A DNA stretch of 64,000 nt from Vicugna vicugna (taxonomy: Eukaryota). The notes beneath the pieces were generated by a model. That model was not told the origin of the DNA. It searched no databases and was given only the letters and a program-made list of their open reading frames with translations. Position 1 is the first letter of the stretch. Every line of letters begins with the position of its first letter. Location of the stretch: contig MU058531.1 in NCBI GenBank assembly GCA_013265495.1, positions 1,362,911 through 1,426,910 on the forward strand, written 5' to 3'. Shown here piece after piece: positions 39,580 to 52,940 of this stretch. Both the position numbers and the translations under genes were made by a program.

Positions 39580-40403
39580 GCAGAGTAGAAAGAGAATGAG
39601 CTTTGGAATCAGAAGGCTGGGAGCTTAAATCCTAGCTCCACTACCCCTTCCTGACACTCCTTAAATGTCTCTGACCTTAATTCTTCTGTAAAATGGGGAT
39701 AACAATGCAAAACTCACAGGCATAGAGAGCATCAAGTGAGACGATGTGATCTGAGTGAGGCAGGAGGGAAGGGGGCAGGGCACAGCCATTAAAGGAATGA
39801 CACAGGAATTAGCACCAAGATGGCAGAAGATTCGAATCCCAGTAAAATTTGAGGCCCAAGATGGTGGGAGATTTGACCTCCAGTGGACCTTGAGCTTCAT
39901 TATACACATTGAAATGTATTAGTATGGTGAATGACATACCCAACCGTGACACACCTCCAGGTGCCATGACAGTTTTGAGACTAACCATGAAAAGTCAAGG
40001 AGAAGGCGGTGGCTCAGTTCCTGGGAATCCCTGCCCCTTCCCCAGGGTAGTTGGAATAATTCTCTCACTTATTAGCATATAAAAACTAGCAGCACCTCGC
40101 CTCTGCCTCGCAGTCACTCTTGCTTTCCAAGGTGGCCCACGCTCTATCTAAGGAGTGTGTATCTACCTTTACTTCACCCCACCCGTAACCACTGCCCCTA
40201 CCCCCTGTACATTGCTCTAAGTAAATCTACTTTTTCTCAACTATAGATCACTCTTGAATTCTTTCCTGTACAAAGTCAAGGACCTCATTTGGCAGGGCGT
40301 GTTTCAGGGACTCAACTGAAACCTGGGACAAGGCCATCCTCTTGCACCCCAGACTTTTTCCTGTATCAAGAGAACCTGGCATATAGTAGTTGCTCAATAA
40401 ATG
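39580..40403 (+). mobile_element. MIR SINE split by an LTR insertion
   Basis: MIR head and core at 39580-39755 (ctttggaatcaga...ctgtaaaatggggataacaat); tail cctggcatatagtagttgctcaataaatg at 40375-40403. Confidence 0.75.
39756..40368 (+). mobile_element. ERV1 solo LTR (MER41-like)
   Basis: Inverted termini TGAGGCAGGA...TCCTGTATCA, 4 bp flanks tgag/agag (3 of 4 match). MER41-type motifs ggtgccatgacagtt, agttcctgggaatccctgccccttccc and cttgaattctttcctg. Confidence 0.8.
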
Positions 40404-41889
40404 ATGAAGGTTGGAGCTTTAAAGTGTCAGTAAATATTACTCTTTTTTTCTCTGCCTAAGTTCAGAATCAGTTGAGAAAAAGACTCAAGACAGATAGAGG
40501 CCAAAAAGAGTAAGCTGTTTGGAGAATAATGTTTAACACTGTGGCAACAAAGGTCCTCTAATACTGTAGCCCAGAATTAAACTTACCCACTTAATCACAA
40601 ATAGAGCTAAAAGTCTGCGGGCCTTCAGAGAAGGGAAGGCTCCCTGTATAATTTACAACATAAAGGATCTCTCTGCAGAGAGGAAGATTCCTATGTAGAT
40701 AAGTAGGAGGAAAGGGCTGAGTTATATATGCTCACTTAGTTATCTCAAACTCATTAACAGATAAATCACCCAGGGCCATCAGATACAATTGTATATGTTG
40801 TCCACTGCACACTTGTGGATACCACTTATTATATATTTTGATTTGCCTTCTCACAATAAATTTCTATAGGTCACAGCCAACAAATTCATTGAATTCTCAA
40901 AATTGTGTATGATAGCAAGTGAAGAGCAAAGTAGCCATTGGAAAAGGATCCAAAGAGAAAATTCACCAGATTCAATCTTGGCCATCCCCTGACTATCAGT
41001 TTTTTGTGGAATGAAGGATGGGTTAATCCCATTAAAGTCAAAATGGACAACATTGCTCATTGCCTGAGAAATATGACTAAATAAAGAGCTGTTGTATACC
41101 ATTGGTTTCTTCATCTAGGGTGTTTACCCTAGGACTTGACAGACTTCACACACCTGCTGGCTCATATTACATAAGTCTTGTCACGTATATATTTGGGGTA
41201 ATCTTCCAGAGGTGCACGTTAGTTATTGTTACTGATATTAGTTGGTGCATTTAACTTCTGTGGTCATACAAAGACTTGCTCTCTGCTCCCTGAATCAGAG
41301 TATTTCTATCCACCCCCAGGGTATATCTTCCCTGGGATCTATGCAGATAAAAAGCCTTTTACAATACCTCCTCAGCCTCTTTTAAAATGAAGGCTAATCT
41401 TGAGAGAACACCAACAGTTCACCCTAATTTCATTGTGCTTAATGTGTGTATATTCCCTACTGAGATGAAAATTTCAACTCATTGTGAAAATTAGCATTTC
41501 CCTGTATCTCTCTGAATACACTCAGTTCAACTGGTATTAACACTAGTCTTGAATTGCCAGAAATACTTAGAAAAGGGACAAAGGTTGTTTAGTTTATTTT
41601 GGTATTGTTCCCTTCTACCCCCTCTTCCCAGGTTTCTGCTGGAGGCGTTTTGCCTATTTGGTTACAAGCAATGGAAAAAGGAACGGTCTTATTCATGGGA
41701 TACCAGTGAGAAGAAACAACTGCAAATTATTTGGTGAAACAGTAAGGACTTAGCAGAAATATGAGTATTTTTGAGGGCAGAGGTTTAACAGATTTGATGA
41801 TGGCTCTCTGTAACTGTGGAATTTCTCTGAACTTTTTAAAACTCCATGGATATGAACAAGAAGCCAAATACAATGAAAGAAACAGCTTC

Positions 41890-42110
41890 CATCTGTTGAG
41901 ATTTTACAAGTTAAGTGCCATGCAATGTGCTAAGTACTTTACTTTCATTATTTCTCTTAATCGTCATCACACCTCTATGAAGTTGGTTCTTTTATAAGTC
42001 CCTTTTTATAGAGGAGGAAACAAAAGAAATTAAGTAACTCACAACAAGGACATAGAGCTGGTAAATTCCAGAGATGTACTTGGATCCAGGCAGCCTGACT
42101 TCTGAGGTTG
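41890..42110 (-). mobile_element. MIR SINE
   Basis: gtgctaagtactttactttcattatttctcttaatc...ttttatagaggaggaaac...ccaggcagcctgacttc. Confidence 0.8.
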
Positions 42111-43891
42111 TAAGAATATGTAGAAGGTGTTGTTGCTCCTGAAAAGATTTAAAGAAATAAAACTTGTCTGTTTTTCTATAGAAAAGCCATTCTGTTTTCA
42201 ACTGGAGTTAAAGGATTTAACCAGCGGTAGAACTCTATAGAAATATTCTTTCTTATTAGTGGAAGTAAAGGCCCCCTGGATTTAGAAAATAAAGCTGATT
42301 AGAGAAGCATGTCCAGGCAAAGAGCTCTGTGAAAGAAAATTGCTCTTTTCCAGGAGTCAAATAATGGAGTCAAATTGTCTCTGCACTGCTGTGCTGAAAA
42401 TGACTCATCCCTGAGAAGATATTTTATATAATCAGGGTGGGGGTAAACCCCTGGTCTCAATTAAAAATGCAAAATAACTAAGGGGTATAGAGATAACTCA
42501 ATTCCTAATAGTTTTTCTACCAATGTGAATGTAGAATCTGAAAATAAAAGAATAGAACTTCGGGTAAATTTCTATGAAAACAAAACTGAAGAATCTCTCG
42601 GAAAACTCAAGACAAAAATTCCTTAATGCATTTTTAATAGGGGTGTTTATCTTCCAAAGGAACTGGGATGCTGTGGTGAAAAAGCCTACTGGAATCACTT
42701 CAAATTGCATTGTATTGATTTTCTGGTTAAGTTTTAAAGGCAACAGTACATTTTTGAAAATCAAACGATTTGTAACCACCATTATCCAAGGGTGCAACTT
42801 GTTGACAGCTTTTAGTTCTCTGGATTCAGGGCTTTTTAAATAAACCTCAAGTGTTTGGAAATTGCCTGTTACTTCATCAGAAACGATTTTCCCATGTGAA
42901 GTTGGGGGAATATGGGAGATTGGCATCGGAAACAATGCAGGAAGTATTCTATGGGTAGGTCTCATCCATGGATCTGCCTTGTGTCCCATTAGAATAGAAA
43001 ATAATTCTATGGCTAAAAGAAACTAAGGAAAAATTCTCTCTGTTTGATTCAACTAGAATCAGGCTTGGACGATCCAAGGGCTACCTAAGGGGCTATTCTA
43101 TATATTATCCATCAATGCCAGTCAGCACCATCATCATTTAAAACTCGTTGAACTATTGAGCACAATGCTAGGGAGTGGGACTGTAAAGATTAACACAAAT
43201 GGTTCCCACAACAAGGAGCTCACAGTAAAACTGAGGAGACAGGGCACATCCATATCCAGATAGATTGTGATTGACAACTGATATTTAATGGTCCATAAAA
43301 AAGTATTTCAGTGATTTAGAAGAATAAAATCCTGGGAACTGCAGAAACAACTACATCTCTAAGGGGAGGTAAGGACTCTTGGAAAGGTGGGAGTTAAAAA
43401 AGACTTTCAAAGTCTAGGTGCTCTATCATGAATCTGGTTAAAACATTAACATAGTTTTAATTCACATAAACTCAAAAATTCTATTCGTGAAAATTTATCG
43501 AGCTTTATACTAGTGATTTGTGCACTTCTCTGCATATATATTATACTTTAATACAACTTTAATTTTTTTAATATAACTTAAATTTTTTAAAAAATTTAAA
43601 GTAATACATACTTGTTATAAGATAGTTGAATAGCAGAAAAATTTTAAAAATAGAAGTGAAAGCTTCCCGGATAATTCTCTCTCTCTCTCTGGCTCACATT
43701 GTTCCACCCCCTCTCCACGGCTGGAAACTCACCTGCCCTCAGGCCAATTTGCCGTCAGTGACTCTCTTACCTCCACTGTGGCTTCAGCTGGTAACAGAGA
43801 CATGCTCTGAGAACCTTCGCAGAGGCCCGGAACATCAGTGGGAAAGGCTTTCCTGTTTCTGAAAGTCCCAGACCTTGTATTGTTTGTTGGG

Positions 43892-44111
43892 TAGGTTTAC
43901 AAGCTTTAGCAAAAGACAGAAAACAAAATACCTACCCCTTCAAGCCCGACCCTGCCCCGAATTCTGTTATACCTGAATTACAGATAAATAAATAAAATTT
44001 TGTATAATTATAATCCATTCAATATTTGAGATACACTTTGCTAAAATATTATTACTTTTACCTGAAATTCAGTTATAACTGGGCATCCTATACTTTTACT
44101 TGGAAACCCTA
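43892..44111. mobile_element. MER53-like palindromic hAT MITE
   Basis: Right arm cctgaaattcagttataactgggcatcctatacttttacttggaaaccctag; left arm ctgaattacagataaataa. Confidence 0.7.
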
Positions 44112-44354
44112 GATTTGCGACACATGGATGTACAGCTGCCTTTCCAGGGAACAGAGTTTGCTCCCTACCCACAAGTTGCATAGGAAGAGAAACAGTGTTT
44201 ATAAGATTCTAGAACTTGGCCAAACATTTATTTTGTTTTTATTCACTTTACTTTATGTATTGTTTTTAAAGTTTATACATGCTCATGGATTTTTTTTTTT
44301 AACAGCATCTCAAAGTCCTTGCCTGCTTCTCTCCCACGTGATTCAGCTGGTAAT

Positions 44355-44920
44355 TATCATATGACCCAGCAATTCCATTTCTAGATACATACCCGAGAGA
44401 ATTGAAAATACATGTCCACACAAAAATTTGTGCAAAAATGTTCACAGCAGTATTATTTATAACAGACAAAGAATGGAAACAACCCAAACATCCACCAACT
44501 GATGGCTGCATAAATAAAATGTGGTACATAGACATACAATGGAATACTATTCAGCTATAAAAAGAAATGAAATTCTGATAATACAACATACATGAACCTT
44601 GGAAACATTATACTGAGAGAAGCCAGACCCGAAAGGCCACATATTCTATGCTTCCATTTATATACAATGTCTAGAGTATGAAAATCTTTAGAGACAAAAA
44701 GTAGATGATTGCTTGCCAAGATTGGGAATCTGGGGAAATGGGGAGTGAGTGCTAATGGGTATGAGGTTTCTTTTTAGGGAGATGAAAAATATTCTGGAAT
44801 TAACATTAAATAAGTGGTAGTGGTTTCACAACACTGTGAATATACTGAAGCCAATTTAATTATACACTGTAAATGCATGGATTTTATGGTATGTAAAATA
44901 TATCTCAAAAAAAGAAAAAA
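44355..44920 (+). mobile_element. L1MB-like 3' end
   Basis: atatgacccagcaattccatttctag...gccagacccgaaaggccacatattctatg...gggtatgaggtttctttttagggagatgaaaa...tatctcaaaaaaag. Confidence 0.9.
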
Positions 44921-45370
44921 ACACTATAGAAGTGTTTAAAGTGGGAAGTCAGTGCATCCTAGCCACCACTTCTCCCACCACTTTGTGTTAACCAGTATTA
45001 GGTTGCTTTTATATTTCTACAGAAATATTCTGTGTGTGTGTGTGTGTGAGTGTGTGTGTATATATATATATAAACTTTTTAAGTTTACCCAAAGAGGAAC
45101 ATACTACACACACTGTTCTATTAAATGCTTTTTTTACTTTAAATATATCATAGATTTTTTTTCCTTTTTAATACAGAGATGATCATCCTTGTTTTTAAAA
45201 ATTGCTGCAAATCATTCTACTTTGTGGATGTGCCCTAATGTATTTAATTACTTCCCTGTTAAAGAACTTTTGGGTTGCTTCTAATTTTTTCCACTAAAAA
45301 CATCCTTCTAGATAAAACTTTGTACACCTATAGGAGTATATTGTTAAATTCCTGGTAGTGGAATTGCCCA
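44920..45370 (-). mobile_element. Old L1ME-like 3' fragment
   Basis: ttgtggatgtgccctaatgtatttaattacttccctgtt...tgggttgcttcta...aaattcctggtagtggaattgc. Confidence 0.6.
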
Positions 45371-46286
45371 CAAACATTTTAAAGTGCAACAGAGGCAGAG
45401 TGTAACGGAAAGAGATGGATTTGGTGGTTAAATGGACCTTGATTCTTGGTTCTACAACTTATTAAATGTGTGATCTTGGCCAGTTTATTCAGCATTTCTC
45501 AGCCTTATTTTCCTCATTTGTAAAACTGAGCTATGTTTGGGAAACACTTCCCCACCCCACTCTTGAAGTTTCCCTCCTAGTTGGAGGAACTCAAATAGGG
45601 ATGTGTTCCTGGCCTTTCTCTACCCTTTTAATCACTCCATCTCAAGGGAGGGAAAGTGATTCATCTGATGAGTAAATTTGGTAAGAACAAACTGAGTGTT
45701 CTTGGCACAGATTCTTCATTTTCCTTCCTGGGAGTGAACGCCTCTTCTGTGTTCTAAGTCTTCCTGAGACAGCCCCCATGTTGCAAGGTCTGCATTGGTC
45801 CAGCATTCAGGTGACTGGATGGGTTCAGCTCGTGACTCTTCTGCTAACCTAAATCATCTGACTTGTTTTCAGTAAGAAAAATGATATTTGCCTCTTTCTT
45901 CTTTTCTGTCTTATTTCTCAGGTTATTTAGAACTTAGATAAAGAAGAGTGGTACTATTTGATACTCTCAAGATCCTAACCGACTATTACTACCTTCCTTG
46001 AAGTGTAGTTTTGATGACTGAAAGAGATATAATGTTTGAAAAGTATTTGGCATGCCTAGGTGCTTAAAAATAATTATTATTAATATCATCTATGAGAACA
46101 AAATTTGAAAATAATGGTTTCATTACTCTCTCACTATTATGTATATCCATCCCCACAAGCCAAGATTTTTTTTAGCTCTACTTTCTGTGTTTTGTATTAC
46201 CAAAAAAAAGTATATATATTAAAGACACCATTTGAAGTTATATGTGCTCTTTTTTCACACTCTTGCCAAGGTACTTCTCACCCTCT

Positions 46287-46995
46287 ATATTGGTCAGATT
46301 CTTTCACATGCAAGGGACAGAAACAAAATTTAAACTATTTTTGGCAAAAAGGAAAAGTTAACATACCTTACATAACTGGGAAAGGCAGAATAGATGTGAT
46401 TTAAGGTAAGCCTGGATCTAAGATCCCAGACAGTGTCACCTGGGCTTTCCCTCCTTGTTCATCATCAAGTATACTTCTCTCTGCTTGTTCACCATTGTAT
46501 TCCCAACACCTAGACCAGTGACTGACACATAATAAGGATGCAATAAAATATATACAAGATAAATGAATGTATCAGTTCTTCTATAATGTCCTCAAGCATC
46601 CTTCTTCATACAGCTACTCATAGTCAAATCTTGAATTATGCAATCAAGCTATTGATTGCAGAGGCACAAGCCTTCTTTCATCTGTCTTCAGTATATCACT
46701 ATATCTCTATCTATATCCCTATCTATATTTAAATCTCCTAGGAAAGGGTTTCTATCACCTGAGTCTCATACCAACCTCTTTGACCAGTGATCATGGAAGG
46801 TGATAGGGTACCACCCCTGGCTAGATTTGGTTCACATGACCTCTGTAGCTAAGGCAATGTGATTGGTAGTATTACCATTAACACATGGAGGGGTAACTAC
46901 AAGGAGAAAGATTTCCCCATGGAGGAGGGGATGCTGTTAACAGAAAAAGGGAAGAAGGAACCTTGGGCAGATAAAGATAATTGAGATCTTCTACA
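46287..46995 (-). mobile_element. Old MaLR LTR (MLT1J/K/L-like) containing an L2 tail
   Basis: Start tattggtcagattctttcacatgcaagggacagaaac, end ttgggcagataaag...cttctaca; L2 3' end at about 46480-46572. Confidence 0.6.
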
Positions 46996-47144
46996 TCATT
47001 CCATGCCAAGGGTTTATGCCCTATTACTCCAGCCTAAGTTGAATCCTGTAAATAAGGGTTCATCAATTCAATAAGAAGAATCTATCCCAATGACTCATCT
47101 GTGATACCCACAAAGGTCTAGCATTTCTCCAAAATCTATGACAT

Positions 47145-47700
47145 TTTAACAGCTTTAGTGAGGTATAATTGACATATAACAAACTACACATGTTTAAAAT
47201 GTATAATTTAATAAAATTTAAAATATGTATGCTCACACAATCAAGGTAACAAATATATCCATCACCCTCCAAATGTTTCCTCATGTTCTCTTGTCATCCC
47301 TTTCCACTCTCCCACCATCCGCTGGCAGCCCCCATCCGTCAGCAACTTGTCAATTTGTACCCCTCAAATAACTGCTGATACTTTTATTTCAATTGCATTG
47401 AATCTATGGATTGATTTGGAGAGAACTGAAATCTTATTAATATTGAGTCTTCTAACCCATGACCATGATATAGCTCTCAATTTATTGAGATCGTCTTAAT
47501 TTCCCTCAACAATTTTTTCGGTTTTTATTGTATAGCTTTTGCACATCTTTTGTCAGACTTATTTTTATACTTGGATGCCACTGAAAATGGCAGTTTTCTC
47601 ATTTCAGTTTCTAGTTGTCTGCAGCTAACACACAGAAATACTAGTAATTCTAGTAGCATTTTTGTATATGCCATTGTGTTTTATACAGAGGTAACACTGG
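47145..47700 (-). mobile_element. L1 (MB/MD-like) 3' end and ORF2 fragment
   Basis: cagctttagtgaggtataattgacatataac...; attgcattgaatctatggattgatttggagagaactga. Confidence 0.8.
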
Positions 47701-47929
47701 AAATAAAGATTGGAAATTAAAGCTTATCTGCATGATACATTCCCATATTATGGTAACAGGAGAAGTGTGGAAATCGTATAGAGATGCCCAGGAGACTACT
47801 GGCAAATTAAGACTTACGGTAACAGATCTGAGTTCTGTCTTTTTGTTTGTTTTTATCGAGAGATCATTTAGAAAGGCTATGTGTGTGGGAAGATCACACG
47901 AAGAGGGAACTGGAACCAGGCCTCTAGGA

Positions 47930-49190
47930 AAAAAATAGCTGAGAATTTTGACAAGCTATCCCCTCCATGAAAACGGAGCTAGAAAAACCCCCATCCATTA
48001 GCCTGGGAAAGTGCCAATAGATCCTGAAGGTAACCAGGGCTCTGGTTGGAAAAAATCTTACATAACTCATGAGAAATCAAAGCCCAAAGCACATAAGGAT
48101 ACTAGGTCCAAAATTTAGCTTCCCTTGTATTACAAGAAACCAAAGTGATTAACACCAAAATTGGTGAAACTCCCAGAACTGAAGCAGAACAAACTCAAAA
48201 TAGTTCTGTAGGACTACTTCTACAATTCAGAGCACACAGGAATCACCATCTTGGGTAAAAAACACTAAGATAACTTCACAATAAGAACATTACAAACTAT
48301 GCAAGGAAGCTATTCACCATGAGGGAGAACTAGCAGATGCAACAAACAGGAGAAGCAGCAAGTTCAAGGTCTGAAAACTAGAGCCATCTGTAAGACTGAA
48401 GTAGAAGGATATTTAAAATAATTAAAGACATCATAATGAAAGAACATGATAGGATATGAGAGGAATAGGGGGAGAGGGAGAAAATAAACAGAACTATCAG
48501 AAATGACAACCTGTTTAAATATAAGATAAGGCACTGAATAGAGACTCAGTGAACTAGTGGATAGATGTTAGCAAATTACTTGCAATGCGGCACAGACAGA
48601 GAAGTGAAATATGAAATAGAGGTAGAAATATGGAGAAACGGGGAAGAAGGTTAATCCTACATGCCTTTAATGTATCAAAACCAAAGTGAGCCAGAACATC
48701 ATGGAAATGATTTTAAATAGACTATTGCAGCAGATAAATGTTCATTGGCGAGGAATGCCTCAGTGAAATGGAAGGGGACATGGGGTTTTATAGACGAAGG
48801 TAGACAAGAGAGACACAGAGAGTCTTTTGGGAATCCATAAGGAAGGAAGGAAATGGGTCTCATATCAGAGGATACAAAGGCAGAGTGGTCCTTTGAGGTT
48901 AGCTGTTTCCAGAACACAAAAGAACTGGGAGGATTTCTTAACCATCCCTGCTTTCCAGAAACCGAGATCTCAGTTAAAATCCAACATTGCCAAATAGGAG
49001 TTCCAGAAGGACAAAGTGGAAAGAATGGAGAGGCTAGAGGGAATTTGAAAAAAAGATCAAGTGTGAGAATTTTTCAGAATGAAAGAGAGACCTTAGTCCT
49101 CAGAGTTATGAAGTACGCTGAGTCCCAAATAAGGATCAACAAAACAAAAGTCATGCCTAGACGCATGGTAGCAAATAGGAAGGAACATTG
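47930..49190 (+). mobile_element. Old L1/HAL1 5' region and ORF1-like remnant, interrupted
   Basis: cattacaaactatgcaaggaagctattcaccatgag...; aataggagttccagaagga...gagaatttttcagaatgaaagagagac...gagtcccaaataaggatcaac (ORF1 RRM-like IGVPE motif). Confidence 0.6.
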
Positions 49191-50004
49191 TTAACTAGTA
49201 ACCTGTTTCTTGCTCTTCATTTTTTTCATCTTCCCACAGTTCAGGAGTTACTGGTTTTAGAGGGTTAAAATTATACTTTTTTTTTATCGTTCTCTGAACT
49301 TGAGAACGTAAGATCAAAATCAGTCCTTAACATCAGAAGAACTGGAATCCCCCAGACTGGACCGCCTGTCTCTGTCAGAAGGAATTCCTCCTCAGAACCA
49401 AGGAACCACAGCCTTGGGTCTCTCCCCTTCTCGCCTTACGTCTCCTTTCTTTCACTGATCTGAGACATTTGCTTTCCTTCTCCTATTTGCCCCGAGAATC
49501 CTCACAATTTACTTAATTTATTTTGCAGAGAAATTCAGCCTCTCTCTCGGCGTAGCTCTACTTCTCTTTCTTTTTCTCCCACCTTTCAGACCAAGCCCAC
49601 TCCCAAAGAGAGCTTCAGTATACTTCTAAACAAACTATCTACCCTGACACAAATCATGTTACTACTTGGATATGCAGAGGTTGTTGCTGTTATTTTTTGG
49701 TAATAAATAGTAATTCTTTTTTTTTTTCCCCAGCAACAGTGATTTTTTTCCCACTTCATTATCAAGTTGTATATGTAGTAGCTATCACGGGCTATTAATT
49801 CATCTTTGACACCTAACTTTTCATGCTGGGCCAGGCTTGGAGTGGGACACAGGAATGAGATAAGAATTTCTCATATACATGCTGCGTTAAAACTTCCAAA
49901 AAAAAAAAAAGGTCAAAAGTATAAAGGGTTTGTTATTTGTTTTAGGCTACATGAAGATGGCTAAGCCCAAGCAGCTCATACATTAAAATGTCACGTTTAT
50001 GTAC

Positions 50005-50170
50005 ACACATCTTACTAATATTCCTACTTTACAGACGAGTCCGCTGAAGCCCCAAGCACTCCTTCAACTGACTCCTCCAAGCTTACATAGCTGATAAGTG
50101 GTTAAGCCGGGCCTTCAACCCACATCTTCTGATTCAAAATACCACTCTCTCTTAGTGACACATTGCAGCC
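50005..50170 (-). mobile_element. MIR SINE
   Basis: attcctactttacagacgagtccgctgaagccc...acatagctgataagtggttaagccggg. Confidence 0.65.
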
Positions 50171-50734
50171 CCTGTATGGTTTCCTTCTCAATTTAATAAG
50201 TTTCCTTTCAGCCTAAGGGAAAAATTGAAGGCTACTGCAACTACATATACTTTATATTTCTTCCTAAGTGTCACGATTGAGTGCAACTGAGAGTTCAATT
50301 CCTTTTTACAGTGGAAGTCCCCAGAGGGTAAACAGGGAAAGAATGTCTGCAATTCTTCATCACACAGCGCTTTATTTTTTTCCTTCTAAATCATGCAAAA
50401 TCCCATAGCTCTGTTATAACTTTAATATTTATGGAAATCAGACTGGCCTCCTCCACTGCAAATGAAGTGGGTAACTCGATGGCCTATATTATTTCCTGCA
50501 TATGGTGTATTATTTCCAACTCTGTTGTCAGCCAACAGTACCACTTCACTAGGGCCAAAGAGTATCTTTCTAAAAGGATTGCCCTAAAGGATGCTACTGC
50601 TGCTAGAATCACCATCTTCCAAATCATCAGCCTTCTACTGTGCCTTTCGGACACTGGGCAAGGGGACAAAGAAATACTGTCTTTTAGACTTCAGTTCGTC
50701 TGGAGATCAGAAGTTGGATGGAGTCATCAAGTGG

Positions 50735-50900
50735 AATCATTCATTTGTGTATTCATCCAACACATTTCTGAACACCTACTATGTGTCGACACTGTGCTAG
50801 TTACTGGGGATATGCTAACAGAAGGCGCAATTCCTATCCTCATGCAGCTAGTAAATTAGGTTGGGGAACAGGCATTAAACAAATACTGTAATTACACAAG
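50735..50900 (-). mobile_element. L2 3' end
   Basis: attcatccaacacatttctgaacacctactatgtgtcgacactgtgctagttactgggga. Confidence 0.8.
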
Positions 50901-52724
50901 TAACTCAAATGTTTCAGACCCCATGACCTTGATGTAGGACACAGCATATCTCTTCTTTCCAATAAATAAACAGATAATCTGTTCTGAACCAAAAGCACCA
51001 ATGAACAACGTAGGCGTTGACCAAGATTCTGTGTAGAATCTAGAAGAAGGAGTTTGGTTTCCGCTGTTACCCATCTCAGTGAAATACACCGAATTCCCCT
51101 CTGAGGTGTCTGATCTCCGACCTGGATTCTTTATCACCCTTGGCTGAAGCAGTTCTGGACCTGGCTGTCTTGTGTCTCCTTCTTCCTGGATTTCCCCCAG
51201 GAACTTTAGTTTCCCTGCCCCCCACCTCCATTGCCATCGTGGGAGCAATTCAACTCTGCTTCCGAGTCTGCCTCCAGCCTGGGTCACTGGCAGCATGTCA
51301 GGGTCCAGTAAAGAAAATGCCTTCCAGGGCTGGAACGTCCCCTCCTCAGAAGATAGCGTGTGTGTTGGAGTGGCATGGCTATAACATCACAAACTGGTCG
51401 TGCTACACTTAAATAGTTAGTAATTATAATTATGATCATTTGATCGAGGGAGAAATACGGGCACTCAGAGACCGAGTAAGCGGCCAGCCTGGTGCGACGG
51501 CCAAGAGCAGCTGCGGGGTGGCAATCCTGCCACGTCAGGCCCCGGCCCCCAGAGTCAGCCCACGGCTAATGAGGAGGGGCCGCGGTTGCTGTCTGAATAA
51601 TTCTCTGGGATAGTTTCTTCCTGAATGACTCGATTCACACGGGATTAGAAACTGTCTCTCTCCACTAGGAAGTGGAACAAACCAGCTGACTCACATTTCA
51701 CACTTGCATTTTTGCCAAGTGTAGATGACAATGTCTGTTACTCAGATGTGGGCTAGAGCTGAATCTGCTTTATATAACCAACGGATTTGGCTAGGAAGTT
51801 AAAATCCAGGTAGCAGGAAGCTGAGGGAGGCATACTGAGATAAGTTCACTGGCCCTGGATACCAAGAAAGTCCTGGAATGCGGCCATTCCTGGGTCTGCG
51901 GATCTGGACCCATCCTGGGAGGCCCGAGGTGATCCTGTTGATTCAGAAGTTTCCTTCCACCAAACTTCATCTTCCCTGGATTTCTCCCACAGGAAGTACA
52001 AATCCCTGATATCTTCTGAACGTGTCTGACATCCTAGACTCAGGGGACGGAGAATGAGGCTTCAGGGACCAACAGAGGACACAACTTGTAGACACTGAGG
52101 AAGTCAGTTTTGAGAACATACGGCAGAGACCAAGCTCAGGGACTAAGCTGGGAGTAAACCTGACCACTATGGCCAAAAGCAAGAACAGTGCCCAGATCTA
52201 GAGTCCGGGTCAGACAGCAGGTCTACAGGCCCATGGCCACAGGCTGCAGTATATTGGGAGGGAGGCAGGGTTCTGACCTGAATTTGTGTGCCTCCTAATT
52301 ACTGATAGTGATTAAGGGAGTCAGCCAGCAGGACCCTGCTATTTTTTTTCTCTCTTAACATTATCCCCTGAACATTTCCCCAGGTCATTACATATTGGAG
52401 ACATGGTAGTTCTTCTAACTACTGCAAAACGAGACCTGTGGTTTATATGCAGACAGTTACTGTGTTCTAGGATACATCCACACAGTATACAGCATCGCAG
52501 TAAGTACATGGTAGCATACAGCGTGACAAGTGTTCTCCTGCTGTACCGTCGTCACCGCTAGGGAGTTCACACCTTCTCCCCACCCACTTCAAGACATGAT
52601 CCTGTTGTTTTAAAGACCAGCTGGCCAATTAAAAAGTAATCACTTTTGACCCTTCCCCTTGGTACTCACAAAACTAAGAACTGACAAATTAAACTCTTCA
52701 TTGGGGAGACTGTAAACTTACTAC

Positions 52725-52940
52725 CAGCTGACATTTACTGAGCTTGGCACACATGAATACATCTTCACAACAACCATGTAATACAAGCTCCTTTATTATC
52801 CTTATTTAATAGAGATGGACACTAAACCTTTAAAAGTTTGAGTAACTTAGAGTCATTCAGTAAACAGAGTCATTCCATAAATCAAGACTCAAACCAAAGT
52901 CTGTCTGGTGCCAAGCCATGTGCATAACCACTACACTGTT
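52725..52940 (-). mobile_element. MIR SINE
   Basis: agctgacatttactgagc...atcttcacaacaacc...actcaaaccaaagtctgtctggtgccaagccatgtgcataaccactacactg. Confidence 0.75.

Noticed and set aside
40850..41560. Possible ancient LINE/RT remnant or pseudogene
   Set aside because: Only vague motif resemblance; needs a profile-HMM (Dfam/tBLASTn) search.
42498..42989. 163 aa minus-strand ORF
   Set aside because: No recognisable homology or splice context; ORFs of this length can arise by chance in 64 kb.
52848..52880. Small tandem duplications (agagtcattc x2; similar ones near 17465-17510 and 55780-55820)
   Set aside because: Ordinary slippage inside old repeats; not a CRISPR-like array.
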